From assembly GCA_963422385.1 (NCBI GenBank), contig OY729432.1:1237666-1301665 (forward strand): a DNA stretch of 64,000 nt. Reading direction: 5' to 3'. Position 1 is the stretch's first letter; each line of letters begins with the position of its first letter. Shown in pieces: positions 9,186 to 18,955 of this stretch. The DNA is from Candidatus Binatia bacterium. Its GTDB lineage: Bacteria; Desulfobacterota; Binatia; UBA9968; JAJDTQ01. The position numbers and the translations under genes are program-made. The notes beneath the pieces are model-generated. The model was not told where the DNA came from, ran no database searches, and worked only from the letters and a program-made list of their open reading frames with translations.

Positions 9186-9905
9186 TTGTATTGCTGGCGC
9201 GGCACGGTGGGGGTGGTGAAGCCGACGCTGCGGCCCGGGTCGCTGGAGACCTTCATCCGGCTGATGCCGGAGGGGGTGTGCGTGGTGCCGCGCTACGTCG
9301 GCATCCGCACCGGCACGGAGGCGGAGTTCGACGAGGCCATCACCATGGCCGAATCCAGGGTGGCCGAGCTGGCGGAGATGGGGGTCGACCTGGTGGTGAT
9401 CCAGGGGGTGCCCCCGATCATGCTCCGAGGCTACCGCTTCGATGGCGAGCTGACCGAGCGGCTCAGCCGGCAGTACTCGGTACCGGTGCTCACCGCCGCC
9501 ACCGCGCAGGTGGAGGCGTTGCGGGCGCTGGAGGTGCGGACGATGGCCGGCCTCTCGTACATCCAGGGCGAAATGAACGCGAAGTTCGCCGACTTTTTCG
9601 AGCAGGCCGGCTTCAAGGTGACCGCCATGAGGGAGATCGGGGGCGTGACCTTCGCCGACGCCGGCCGGATTCCGGCCGAGGATATCTACCACCAGGCCAA
9701 GAATGCCTTCGTCGAGTGCGGCGGGGAGTGCATCTACCTTCTGGGGGCGGGCTGGGACTGCCTGCCCGTCATCGAGTCCCTGGAAGAGGACCTTGGGGTG
9801 CCGGTGGTCACCAACCTCAACGCCGACGTGTGGGCCACCCAGAAGCGCCTCAAGATTCACGAGCCCGTTGCCGGCCACGGACGGCTGCTCGGGACGCTGC
9901 CGTGA
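9186..9905 (+). CDS. Asp/Glu/hydantoin-racemase-superfamily protein (arylmalonate decarboxylase / maleate isomerase-like)
   Basis: 239 aa with the two-lobed racemase-like pattern (...VVIQGVPP..., ...YLLGAGWDCLPVIESLEEDLGVPVVTNLNA...). TTG start with AGGAGG 7 nt upstream. Confidence 0.72.
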   Translation: MYCWRGTVGVVKPTLRPGSLETFIRLMPEGVCVVPRYVGIRTGTEAEFDEAITMAESRVAELAEMGVDLVVIQGVPPIMLRGYRFDGELTERLSRQYSVPVLTAATAQVEALRALEVRTMAGLSYIQGEMNAKFADFFEQAGFKVTAMREIGGVTFADAGRIPAEDIYHQAKNAFVECGGECIYLLGAGWDCLPVIESLEEDLGVPVVTNLNADVWATQKRLKIHEPVAGHGRLLGTLP

Positions 9906-10062
9906 CCGGCCGTCCGCGGTTGGAAGACTTGAGGTATGGACATGGCGCCATCATGGCGCCCTTCGACTTCGCTCCGCTACGCCTGCCTTGAGCTTGCCGA
10001 AGGGCTCGGAACGAACGTTTGCGGTTTGACGGGATACCGGGATCCGAAAAAAAGGGAAGCAC

Positions 10063-11130
10063 ATGGGACAGATACTCGGCCTGGGCATCACGCACTATCC
10101 CGGACTCGGGTTTCAGGGGAACATGACCCGCCGCATCAAGATGTGCCTGGAGGACCCGGCGCTGCCGGAAAGGTTGCGCAACATGGGGAACTGGCCGGCG
10201 CCCATGCGCGAGCAGTGGAGCACGGACGATGGCCAGGACCACTCCGACGCCCACCGGCAGGACATGATCGACCGCTTCCGCATCGCCCGCCGGGCCCTGG
10301 ACGAGTTCCAGCCCGACCTGTGCGTGCTATGGGGCGACGATCAGTATGAGAACTACCACGAAGACTGCGTGCCGGCCTTCTCCATTCTCGCCTATGAGTC
10401 GGTCGACGCACAGCCTTGGATGCATAGCCGCCGGGGCGCCAACGTGTGGGACGAGCCGGATGACAAGACCTTCACCATCCAGGGCCATCAGGAAGGCGGA
10501 AAGTATCTGGCTTCCAGCCTGCTGGACAACGGCTTCGACGTGGCCTACTCCTACAAGCCGCTCCACCGAGGGCTGGGCCACGCCTTCGTCAACTCCATCC
10601 TTTACCTCGACTGGGACCGCCAGGGGTTCCCCTACCCGCTGGTGCCTTTCACGGTGAACAGCTACGGCCGCAAGCTCGTGGGCAGCCGGGGCATCCCGCT
10701 GACGCCTTCGGCCGCCCGGAACATTGCGGACCAGTGGGACCCGCCGGGCCCCCAGCCCTGGCGCTGTTTCGACATCGGCGCGGCCACCGTCCGCGCCTTC
10801 TTGAAAAGTCCGTGGCGGGTGGCCCTCATTGCCTCGTCGAGCTGGTCCCATTCTTTCCTCACCGCCAAACACGCCTTCATGTACCCGGACGTGGAATCCG
10901 ACAAGCGCTACTTCCAGGCGCTCAGGGACGGCGACTGGGAGACCTGGCGCAAGACCAACCTGCCGGAAGCCGAGGACCGGGGACACCACGAGCTGCTCAA
11001 CTGGTTCGCCTTGGCCGGCGCCATGGCCGAGATCGGCCGCAAGCCCGACGACGCAGTGTTCCTGGAGTCGTGGATCTCCAACTCCGACAAGGTGTTCGCG
11101 CTCTTTCGCCCGCCGGAGCATCGGGGTTAG
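10063..11130 (+). CDS. class III (LigB-type) extradiol ring-cleavage dioxygenase
   Basis: 355 aa: GITHYPG..., ...CVLWGDDQYENYHED..., conserved His/Asn positions of the LigB/AmnB family. Sits with the SDR, isomerase and cupin genes. Confidence 0.8.
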   Translation: MGQILGLGITHYPGLGFQGNMTRRIKMCLEDPALPERLRNMGNWPAPMREQWSTDDGQDHSDAHRQDMIDRFRIARRALDEFQPDLCVLWGDDQYENYHEDCVPAFSILAYESVDAQPWMHSRRGANVWDEPDDKTFTIQGHQEGGKYLASSLLDNGFDVAYSYKPLHRGLGHAFVNSILYLDWDRQGFPYPLVPFTVNSYGRKLVGSRGIPLTPSAARNIADQWDPPGPQPWRCFDIGAATVRAFLKSPWRVALIASSSWSHSFLTAKHAFMYPDVESDKRYFQALRDGDWETWRKTNLPEAEDRGHHELLNWFALAGAMAEIGRKPDDAVFLESWISNSDKVFALFRPPEHRG

Positions 11131-11662
11131 CCTGGAGCTGCAATTCGGACCTTCTCTACATAAAGTCCGGCCCATGGTCGAGGAAGAAGATACCAAGGCC
11201 TCAGGGGAAACCTGTTCAGCAAGCTGCATGGCGAGATCGGATCAGGGCCGATCTCGCTGCTCAAGTCGAGGCCGGTGGCACACTCTACGGCTATCGCCAG
11301 GATGGCGCGTATGTTGCCCGGACCAAGAATGGTGACGAAATCGTCACGCCGGGCGCAAGTAAGAACGCCTGAGCCGGAAGGGGATGTGAGGCGGAGGTTT
11401 GCTCGCTCGCTAACGAACCTTCGGGCGGCTGTCGCACGGTCCGACGAAACCCGGATCTACGACAATGCCAACCCTGAGAATCCACGTCGCGAGGTCACGA
11501 TTCTGACGCCCGAGTCAAGGTGGATCGCAGAGAACCCGCCGCCGTAGCTGGACACCACTGCACTCCACCTGGTGTCGTCACGCTAGACCTCACTGTCCAT
11601 AACGCAGGCAAAGTGTTGGCTTGGCGAATCGTTTGTACCTGCCACGGGAGACTTAATTCAAT

Positions 11663-11986
11663 ATGTGGGTCAATCTCTATAACCTGCCCGAACCGCTCCC
11701 GGACGCCGAGGAGTTCACCGACCTGATTCCCGACCGGGGCGTGAAGATCGAACGCATCGTCTCCCACGGCCAGACCTCGCCCGCCGACGAGTGGTACGAC
11801 CAGGACCGCGACGAGTGGGTCGTGCTGGTCCAGGGCGAGGCCGTGCTGGAATACGAGAGCGGCGAGAAGCTGCGGCTCGGCGCCGGCGACCACGTGCTGA
11901 TACCCGCCCACCGCCACCACCGGGTAGACTACACCAGCCGGACGCCGCCATGCATCTGGATCGCCGTGTTCGGGAAGATGGCATAG
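11663..11986 (+). CDS. cupin domain protein
   Basis: 107 aa: ...GVKIERIVSHGQTSPADEWYDQDRDEWVVLVQGEAVLEYESGEKLRLGAGDHVLIPAHRHHRV matches the cupin-2 beta-barrel motifs. Confidence 0.72.
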   Translation: MWVNLYNLPEPLPDAEEFTDLIPDRGVKIERIVSHGQTSPADEWYDQDRDEWVVLVQGEAVLEYESGEKLRLGAGDHVLIPAHRHHRVDYTSRTPPCIWIAVFGKMA

Positions 11987-12411
11987 TCATCCGCCCGACG
12001 CCGCAGGCCCCGTTGACATCTCTCCCCATCCCTTCCACCGTGAGCCAGATCCCTGAACGCACCCCGCCGGTGCGGCAGTCGGCACCGCGTTCCACCCCTG
12101 CACAACCCCTCTGCCACCATCCTCCGACGCACCATGTCCGCAGAGAACGAGAGCCGGGCCGTAAGAGCGCGGGCAGAGATTGGATATCCGGGAGAGCATC
12201 CCCGCTGTTCCCAACCGCCTGCACAAAGGAGACGGCACCATGACTACCAGTGTCACCTCGCAATCCTGGTAACGCAGAGGGGTCTCCCGGGCAATCTGAA
12301 GAAATTCGCACCACTGTATCTTGTCGGGCATTCAGAGCGCCGGAACCGTAGAGTTAATTCAGAATGGCGGGATCGTCGGAAGTATCGTAACGGCAGGAAC
12401 TACGGCTCACG

Positions 12412-13116
12412 TCAGCGGTCCGCGCTCTCCCATGTGCTGTGTAGGGTGTGCAAGAGTGCTTCGGCGTTCCGGGTGTCTTCTATCCAGCTCAACATGAACG
12501 CCCTGTTACCCGCATCCTTGATCGAACATCCGATATGCCAGCACCCTCTTTCATTCTCGTAGGCGAAATCGGACGGGAGATTCGCAGCCAGCAGTTCAAC
12601 CTTCAGCGGTCCCTGAACGCTGCCGAGAATGATGAAGATCGATCCGTCCATGTACGGATCGATGACGCGAACCGATTGCGTGTCGCGGCGAAAAATCGCC
12701 CTTATCTGCACGTAGGCATCGTGCTGTGTGCCTTGCGGGAAGAACAATTCGCGGACGGTTTCAGTTGCTGGCGCGAGAGTACCGCCGTCGATACGCCAGC
12801 AGATCCGCTGCAAACCGGCGTTGAGCTGTTCTACCAGACCCCCGAGGGCGAGTTCCTCGAAAACAATGAAAGCGACGCGTAGCTTGTCCTCCCCGTCCAG
12901 GGCTTCGTACGCTGCGTTGATCCGATGCCGGTACGCTGCCTTGCGGTACTTATGCGAGGAGTCTTCCCGCACCGTGAGCCTCCAATCGACCGTTACGCCG
13001 GACATGTCGATGATGCCGGGTATCTCATGGCTGTCGAGTTCGAAGAGGCATGCGACAATGACTCGCCAAGGGTCGCGTTCGCGCCTAGTCTTCCCATCGT
13101 CGTTAGGGAAAGACAT
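12412..13116 (-). CDS. hypothetical protein (island cargo, lower GC)
   Basis: 234-aa ORF with natural amino-acid composition in a lower-GC stretch; no recognisable motif by eye. Confidence 0.45.
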   Translation of the reverse strand: MSFPNDDGKTRRERDPWRVIVACLFELDSHEIPGIIDMSGVTVDWRLTVREDSSHKYRKAAYRHRINAAYEALDGEDKLRVAFIVFEELALGGLVEQLNAGLQRICWRIDGGTLAPATETVRELFFPQGTQHDAYVQIRAIFRRDTQSVRVIDPYMDGSIFIILGSVQGPLKVELLAANLPSDFAYENERGCWHIGCSIKDAGNRAFMLSWIEDTRNAEALLHTLHSTWESADR

Positions 13117-13177
13117 GCAGGGTTTCCAGGCTCCGTTTTCGTGGTCCGAACGGAAATGTCGGCAATGTGAGGTCAGG

Positions 13178-13998
13178 CTATGCGCCGTTTTCGACCAAGA
13201 GGTTGACCAACTTCGGATAGCGTCTCGCGATATCGGGATGACGGAGCAACCGGCTTTCCAGGTCGCGCTTTTCCCACCATTGGACCAGGAAATCTGTCAG
13301 TCTTCGCAGGTCTTCAAGATGATCGACGAGGGGAGCGGTGACGCGAGGATGCGCGATCAGCAGGAACCCCTTGGCATCGTGCCGCTCAAGGGTATCTCGT
13401 ATATCCTGCACATCGCCCTTCCCGACAGTGCGCCCGCGCGTTTGACCTAGGCCAGGATGCGTATGCGTTGCTTCTGGCGGTTGCCACGCGCAAAGTGGGG
13501 CCTCGGAATCGTCCAGTCGATCAGGATATCCCTGCTGCTGTCCCGGTCGTTGACACCGCCAACCGGCTTGGCGCGCGAAACGCCTGGTTCCCGGCGGAGA
13601 AGATCGACGAACAAATTCTCGAAGTTCCCCGCATCGAGCGAGGAATACCAGTCGGTGCGGGAATCGGCGAAGAAAACTTGATCCTCGGCCGTGCGCCGTT
13701 TCAAGAACCGCTTGCGCTCGGCATCGTAGACTTCCCGCCCACAATTCTCGCGGATGGCTATTAGCGTCTTATCGCCGAGAAAGATACAATGACTGTCGAT
13801 CGGAAGAAGCAGAGGCCTATCGCAGGGGCCGCCGGTCTTGTCCATGAGACGTTCGGCGAGCTTGATTGTCTTGAAAGGAACGACGTTAGTGATTCCATTC
13901 GCGAAGACCGCGAGCGCATGTTCGCCCGGTACGATGCTCCGGCGGTTCGTGCGTATTCGAACCGTACGGTAAGAATGGCGGGCTGTAGAGCATTTCAC
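13178..13998 (-). CDS. hypothetical protein, apparently frameshifted or split (two overlapping frames)
   Basis: Frame A 13447..13998 (...NFENLFVDLLRREPGVSRAKPVGGVNDRDSSRDILIDWTIP...) and frame B from about 13423 down to 13178 (GKGDVQDIRDTLERHDAKGFLLIAHPRVTAPLVDHLEDLRRLTDFLVQWW...) both look protein-like. They join only via a frameshift around 13424-13447. Lower GC. Confidence 0.38.
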
Positions 13999-14150
13999 TT
14001 TCGCCTGCGAGAATCGATCTGGTTACGTCCGCCAGTAGTATATCGGGCTCCGTTTCACGACCGATCCGGTGCCTGTCGTGCGTCACCGCCTTCCCCGGAA
14101 ACCGCTGTTGTGAATGCATGGAGTCCAATATACACCATAGCGTTGGAGAA

Positions 14151-14165
14151 ACACCAAAATGGTGT
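14151..14165. promoter_or_regulatory. perfect palindrome ACACCAAAATGGTGT (with extra ACACCA/TGGTGG half-sites nearby) upstream of the six-gene operon; candidate operator
   Basis: ACACCA at 14133-14138, ACACCAaaaTGGTGT at 14151-14165, TGGTGG at 14171-14176. A sigma70-like TTGCCA-18-CACAAT lies at 14197-14226. About 215 bp upstream of ATG 14380. Confidence 0.35.
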
Positions 14166-14379
14166 AAAATTGGTGGCCGTTTCAAGGAGTTAGGAATTGC
14201 CACAGCCAAAGTCGGAGAGGCACAATGTTGGCCTGTCCGAAGTCGACCTTCTGTGGCGTGATTGATCCGACGGACCATGTCGGAATTCGTGGCGTGGCAC
14301 CGCCACGGCCTCGCTCAGGATCTGCCGCTACGACGCCTCGAACCGGATTCGCGCGGCAGCAAGAAGGCGGGAGGATCGC

Positions 14380-16554
14380 ATGACGCATGATCCGGTGGTG
14401 CAGGACGATCCCGTTATCGCAACGGCGGAAGGAACGCTGCGGTTGCTGGACGGAGTTCGGCCACTCTACATGCTGCCTGCGGATCCGCTGGCGGAGGAAG
14501 TCCTGATCCCGGGCTTCCAGGCGGCGGGGAAGGTTGATTGCATCATGGTTGGGTTCTTCTCAAGCGAGGTGCTGGCCTCGCTTGCCCCCGGCCTCGCGAC
14601 CTACATCGCCGGTTCCGAGAACAGCTTCCGGCTTATCGTAAGCCCCCTGCTACAGACCGAAGACCAGGTGGCCATAGAGGACGGCCTGAAATCGGCGGAA
14701 GTAGTAGCGGACAGGATTCTCGAAGAACTGACCGTCACGGAGGACCTTCTTCAGCGCCATACGCTGAAGTGCCTGTCGTGGCTGCTCCGGGAGCGCAGAA
14801 TCGAAATCAAGGTCGCCCTGATGAAGGATGCTCTCTTTCATCCCAAGGTCTGGCTCTTCGAGAACAGGTCTGATGTCGTCGCGGCGCACGGGTCGAGCAA
14901 CGTAACCATTGCGGGCATTTGGAAGAACATCGAACAGATCGCCATATCCAGGTCGTGGCAGGACCCGAATCAGCGTTATATCACTGGCAAGCTTCGCTAC
15001 GAATTCGGCCGGTTGTGGGAGAACAAGGACGAGAACTGTATCGTCATCGCGATGCCGGAGGCGGTCAGACAGCGCCTGCTGCGGACGTACAGTTCAGAAT
15101 TCCCACCGACCGAAGACGAGCTGCGTGCTCTCTACGGTCGCGCGACAGGCGTATCGGAGGAGCCCGAACCCTACGAGGCCGTTTCAGTACCGGCGACGAG
15201 TTTCGCGATACCAGGCTGGCTGAGTTACAAAGACGGACCATTCGAACACCAGGGAAAAGCGGTCGATGCATGGGACGAGGCCCGGTATCGCGGTGTTCTG
15301 GAAATGGCGACCGGCTCGGGCAAGACGATCACCTCTATGATCGGCGCGTACCGTCTCTGCCAACGACACAAGCCTCTCCTGATCGTCGTCGCCGCGCCTT
15401 ATGTGCCGCTAATCGAACAGTGGTGCGATGAAATCGCGCCGTTCGGCTTGAAGCCGGTCAACCTCACCACGGCCGGGAGCGCCGCGAAACGCGCGAGCGA
15501 GTTGCAAAAACTGAAACGACGGCTGCGCACCGGCCTGTCGGATGTTGAAGCGGTTGTCGTCAGCCACGACACGCTGTGCACTCCGGAGTTCCTTGCCGCC
15601 ATCGAGGCGTTCGACTGCGCACGCCTACTGATCGCGGACGAGGTGCACAACCTCGGGCGGCCATCCTTTATCAACGATCCGCCCGAATTCTTCGAGTACC
15701 GTCTTGGCCTCTCGGCGACGCCGATACGCCAGTATGACGAAGACGGAACGGAAGCGTTGTTTGGGTTCTTCGGACCTGTGGCCTTCCGGTTCACGCTCGA
15801 AGAAGCCATCGGCCAGTGCCTTGTCGAATACGACTACTACGTCCATGCCGTGTACCTCACGAAAAGTGAGATGGACGAATGGTTCGACCTCACGGGAAAA
15901 ATCAAGCAGAACGCGTGGCGCAGTGAGGGCGGAAAGCCGGAAGAATATCTCGCCAAGTTGCTGCGGGACCGGCGCGCTTTGCTGGAGACGGCGTCGGGCA
16001 AGGTTGCCACCCTAGGTACTCTTCTGAAGGAAGAGAACACGGGCAACCTGCGGCACACGCTGGTCTACACGTCGGACAAGGGACCAGATCAGCTCGACAA
16101 CGTGAACCGGCTGCTGCGACACAGGAATATCCTGTTCCACCAGCTCACAGCCAAGGAGACAGCAAGCCGGCATCAGACGAAGCAGATCATCAAATCCTTT
16201 CAGGAGGGTGAAATCCAGATGCTGACCGCAAAGCGTGTGCTAGACGAAGGGGTGAACATCCCGCAGATATGCAAGGCGTTCATCCTCGCGAGCACGACGG
16301 TCGAACGGCAATGGGTGCAGCGGCGCGGGCGACTTCTGCGCAAATGCAGCGCCATTGGCAAGACTCACAGCGTCATCCACGACCTGCTAGCCCTACCACC
16401 GGGCATGGAGGAAGGGCTAGATACCGATGCGCGCGCTCTTGTGCGCTCAGAGCTGCACCGGGCACAGGAATTTGCGAGGCTTGCGAGAAATGCAGGCCGA
16501 CCGGACGGGCCGCTGGTGACAATCGATAGAATGGTTGACGCCGCGTTCCTGTAG
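14380..16554 (+). CDS. PLD-family nuclease / SF2 (DEAH-type, ResIII-like) helicase fusion protein
   Basis: 724 aa. N-terminal HxK...GSSN phospholipase-D-like motif (HPKVWLFENRSDVVAAHGSSNVT). Helicase motifs I (ATGSGKT), II (DEVHNL), III (LSATP), VI (QRRGRLLR). GGGAGGA 4 nt upstream of the ATG. First gene of the operon. Confidence 0.82.
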   Translation: MTHDPVVQDDPVIATAEGTLRLLDGVRPLYMLPADPLAEEVLIPGFQAAGKVDCIMVGFFSSEVLASLAPGLATYIAGSENSFRLIVSPLLQTEDQVAIEDGLKSAEVVADRILEELTVTEDLLQRHTLKCLSWLLRERRIEIKVALMKDALFHPKVWLFENRSDVVAAHGSSNVTIAGIWKNIEQIAISRSWQDPNQRYITGKLRYEFGRLWENKDENCIVIAMPEAVRQRLLRTYSSEFPPTEDELRALYGRATGVSEEPEPYEAVSVPATSFAIPGWLSYKDGPFEHQGKAVDAWDEARYRGVLEMATGSGKTITSMIGAYRLCQRHKPLLIVVAAPYVPLIEQWCDEIAPFGLKPVNLTTAGSAAKRASELQKLKRRLRTGLSDVEAVVVSHDTLCTPEFLAAIEAFDCARLLIADEVHNLGRPSFINDPPEFFEYRLGLSATPIRQYDEDGTEALFGFFGPVAFRFTLEEAIGQCLVEYDYYVHAVYLTKSEMDEWFDLTGKIKQNAWRSEGGKPEEYLAKLLRDRRALLETASGKVATLGTLLKEENTGNLRHTLVYTSDKGPDQLDNVNRLLRHRNILFHQLTAKETASRHQTKQIIKSFQEGEIQMLTAKRVLDEGVNIPQICKAFILASTTVERQWVQRRGRLLRKCSAIGKTHSVIHDLLALPPGMEEGLDTDARALVRSELHRAQEFARLARNAGRPDGPLVTIDRMVDAAFL

Positions 16555-16571
16555 CGGCTGGAGGAAGAGAT

Positions 16572-16817
16572 ATGGCACTAAACGACAAAAAGATAATCTC
16601 GATCATCCTTGAGCAGTACTCGGGAATCGAGAAACGGTGCGAAGGCTACCGGGAACAGATTATCCAAGTGATTTCCGAAATTCTGGAATACGAACGAAGC
16701 CACAGGGTCTCCGCGACGAATATCCAGAAGAAGATCAACGACAAGTGCAACGCCACGGCGCGGTTCCTTGCGACGCAGCGCGGCCAAGACACCGGCACGG
16801 AGGAACTGGACTCATGA
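16572..16817 (+). CDS. small hypothetical protein (81 aa)
   Basis: Natural composition (MALNDKKIISIILEQYSGIEKRCEGYREQIIQVISEILEYERSHRV...). Its stop overlaps the next start (ATGA at 16814-16817), indicating translational coupling. Confidence 0.5.
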   Translation: MALNDKKIISIILEQYSGIEKRCEGYREQIIQVISEILEYERSHRVSATNIQKKINDKCNATARFLATQRGQDTGTEELDS

Positions 16818-18949
16818 AACTTCTCCGCGCCGAATTTCAGAACTTCCGTCTGCTCCGCGACCTTGAGCTTGAATTCTCCAGCGATCCCGACAGGAAGCTG
16901 ACGGTCATCCGCGCGGCGAATGAGTCGGGCAAGACGACGATCCTTCACGGCCTGCAATGGGTGCTCTATGGAGACGGGGCGTTACCTGGTAAAGGCGAGG
17001 GCTTTCGGCTCCATCCTATCGACTGGGATGCCAGCGAAGGCCAGCGCGTCCCGATCACAGCCACGGTGAAGTTCGAGTTGACGAAGTATCGTCGCACTTC
17101 AGGTGAAATGCGCGAAATGCGCCGGCGCTATCGCCTCGTGCGCTCCGCATTCGAGGATGTCGACAGTCAGGTCCATCGTTCCGCCTCGACCGTGAAGCTG
17201 TTTGCGCTGAACGAGACTGGAGCAAGTCCTATCGACGCGCCGGAAGCTCTGGTCAACGAGGAACTGCCGCCGGAGCTGCGGGAAGTCTTTTTCACCGATG
17301 GCGACCGGGCTCTAAGCTTTATTGAGGCGGATATCGCCCTGTCCACAAAACGCGAGCGCGTGCAGCGGGCGATCCGTTCCCTTCTCGGCCTCGGCGTGAT
17401 CGACGACGCAATCAAGCATGTGCGCAAATCGGCGGCGGAAGTGAACAAGAAGGCGAAACAGGTCGGTGGCGGCAGCGAACTGAACGCAATCGCTACGCGC
17501 CTCGAAGAGATGGAAAACAACCGCGAGAAATTAGAGGCCGACCTTGATGACGCGAAACAGCAATTCGGCGCTTTCGACGAGAAGATTGACGAAATCGATC
17601 GCAAGATCGCAGCGGCCCTCCAGAAGGGTGACAAGGAGAAGCTGCGCAAGGACCTCGACCACGCACGGGCCGAAATCAGGCACTTCGACAGCCAACTGGC
17701 GGCAGCGAACAAAGAACACTCGGCACTGTTTCACAGTCGGTCTATTGCAACCGACCTGCTCGCACCTGTGCTCACGGGCGCATTTGACAAGCTGGAAGAG
17801 TTGCACGACCAAGGCAAGATTCCGAACACGACGATCCCAGTGCTGCATGACCGCCTTGAAGCAAAAGTGTGCATTTGTGGCGAAACGCTGGAACCTGGTA
17901 ACCCGGGTGGCGACAAGCGCCGCGCGCGTATCCGAAAGCTGATCGACGACAACCAGCGCGTCGATGAAATCCAGGAAATCATCACAGACCTGTACTACAG
18001 CGCAAAGCCGCTACAGGGCAGCGGCGGATCGAGCGGGTGGCTAGAGGAATACAAGAAAGTGGTCAAGGGTCGCGACGGCATCCAGGCACTACGCGACAAA
18101 GCGGGCCGGAAGTTCCGAGCGCTGGAAATGCAGCTCGACTCGCTTCCCGACACGGACATCCAGGGCCTGCGCGAAACGTGCCGCCAGTACAAGGACAATC
18201 GTGACCGCCACCTGTCGAAAAGGTCGGCCATCGAAACCCAGCTTATGGGGCTGAGGCGCGATCGCGAAGGGATGGAAGCGAAGCGCGACCGCCGGCTGCG
18301 CGAACAGAAAAAGGGCGCGCGTATTCTGGCCGAGCGGGACGTCACGCAGGACGTGATGAAGGTGCTGAAAAGCGCTTATGCGCAAATTACGAACGAGGAA
18401 TTGCAAAAAGTCAGCGATCTGATGAACAGCATATTCCTCGAAATGATCGGTGCGGACCCTGAACAGGGCGCAATCATCCGGCACGCTGAGATCAGCCCGG
18501 AATTCGATATCATTGTCTATGGTCCGCAGGACAGGACACTTAACCCCGACCGGGACCTGAACGGTGCGTCACGGCGGGCGCTGACGCTCGCATTCATTCT
18601 GGCGCTGACGAAGGTCAGCGAGGTCGAAGCGCCGAATGTGATCGATACGCCGCTCGGCATGACGAGCGGCTTTGTGAAACGGTCTATTCTGCGCACGGCC
18701 GTGCGGGAGAGTGCGCAACTGATCCTGTTCCTGACGCACGATGAAATCGCCGGCTGCGAGGAGATCATCGACGAGGCCGCGGGCGTCGTCTTCACGCTGA
18801 CGAACCCGGCGCACTATCCGAAAATGCTCATCAACGATCCGGGGGTCGTCGAGCGCAAGGTGGTCCGCTGCGCCTGCGACCACTTGAACGAATGTGAACT
18901 CTGCCAGCGCCGCTCGGATGCGGAGGTCGAGTTGGGTATAGCGTCATAG
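16814..18949 (+). CDS. SMC/Rad50/DndD-like ABC ATPase with coiled coil, central CxC zinc hook and C-terminal Cys cluster
   Basis: 711 aa from ATG 16814. N-terminal FQNFRLL...IRAANESGKTTILHGLQWVLYG Walker A. About 350 aa of coiled coil with KVCICGE in the middle. C-terminal ABC signature/D-loop region (LTLAFILAL...VIDTPLGM...LFLTHD) and CACDHLNECELC. Confidence 0.82.
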   Translation: MKLLRAEFQNFRLLRDLELEFSSDPDRKLTVIRAANESGKTTILHGLQWVLYGDGALPGKGEGFRLHPIDWDASEGQRVPITATVKFELTKYRRTSGEMREMRRRYRLVRSAFEDVDSQVHRSASTVKLFALNETGASPIDAPEALVNEELPPELREVFFTDGDRALSFIEADIALSTKRERVQRAIRSLLGLGVIDDAIKHVRKSAAEVNKKAKQVGGGSELNAIATRLEEMENNREKLEADLDDAKQQFGAFDEKIDEIDRKIAAALQKGDKEKLRKDLDHARAEIRHFDSQLAAANKEHSALFHSRSIATDLLAPVLTGAFDKLEELHDQGKIPNTTIPVLHDRLEAKVCICGETLEPGNPGGDKRRARIRKLIDDNQRVDEIQEIITDLYYSAKPLQGSGGSSGWLEEYKKVVKGRDGIQALRDKAGRKFRALEMQLDSLPDTDIQGLRETCRQYKDNRDRHLSKRSAIETQLMGLRRDREGMEAKRDRRLREQKKGARILAERDVTQDVMKVLKSAYAQITNEELQKVSDLMNSIFLEMIGADPEQGAIIRHAEISPEFDIIVYGPQDRTLNPDRDLNGASRRALTLAFILALTKVSEVEAPNVIDTPLGMTSGFVKRSILRTAVRESAQLILFLTHDEIAGCEEIIDEAAGVVFTLTNPAHYPKMLINDPGVVERKVVRCACDHLNECELCQRRSDAEVELGIAS

Positions 18950-18955
18950 GAGGCG

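Noticed and set aside
7967-9256. 429-aa minus-strand ORF
   Set aside because: Antisense to the SDR gene and junk-like for about 360 codons. Only its last 67 codons (7967..8170) look protein-like and were kept as a separate low-confidence feature.
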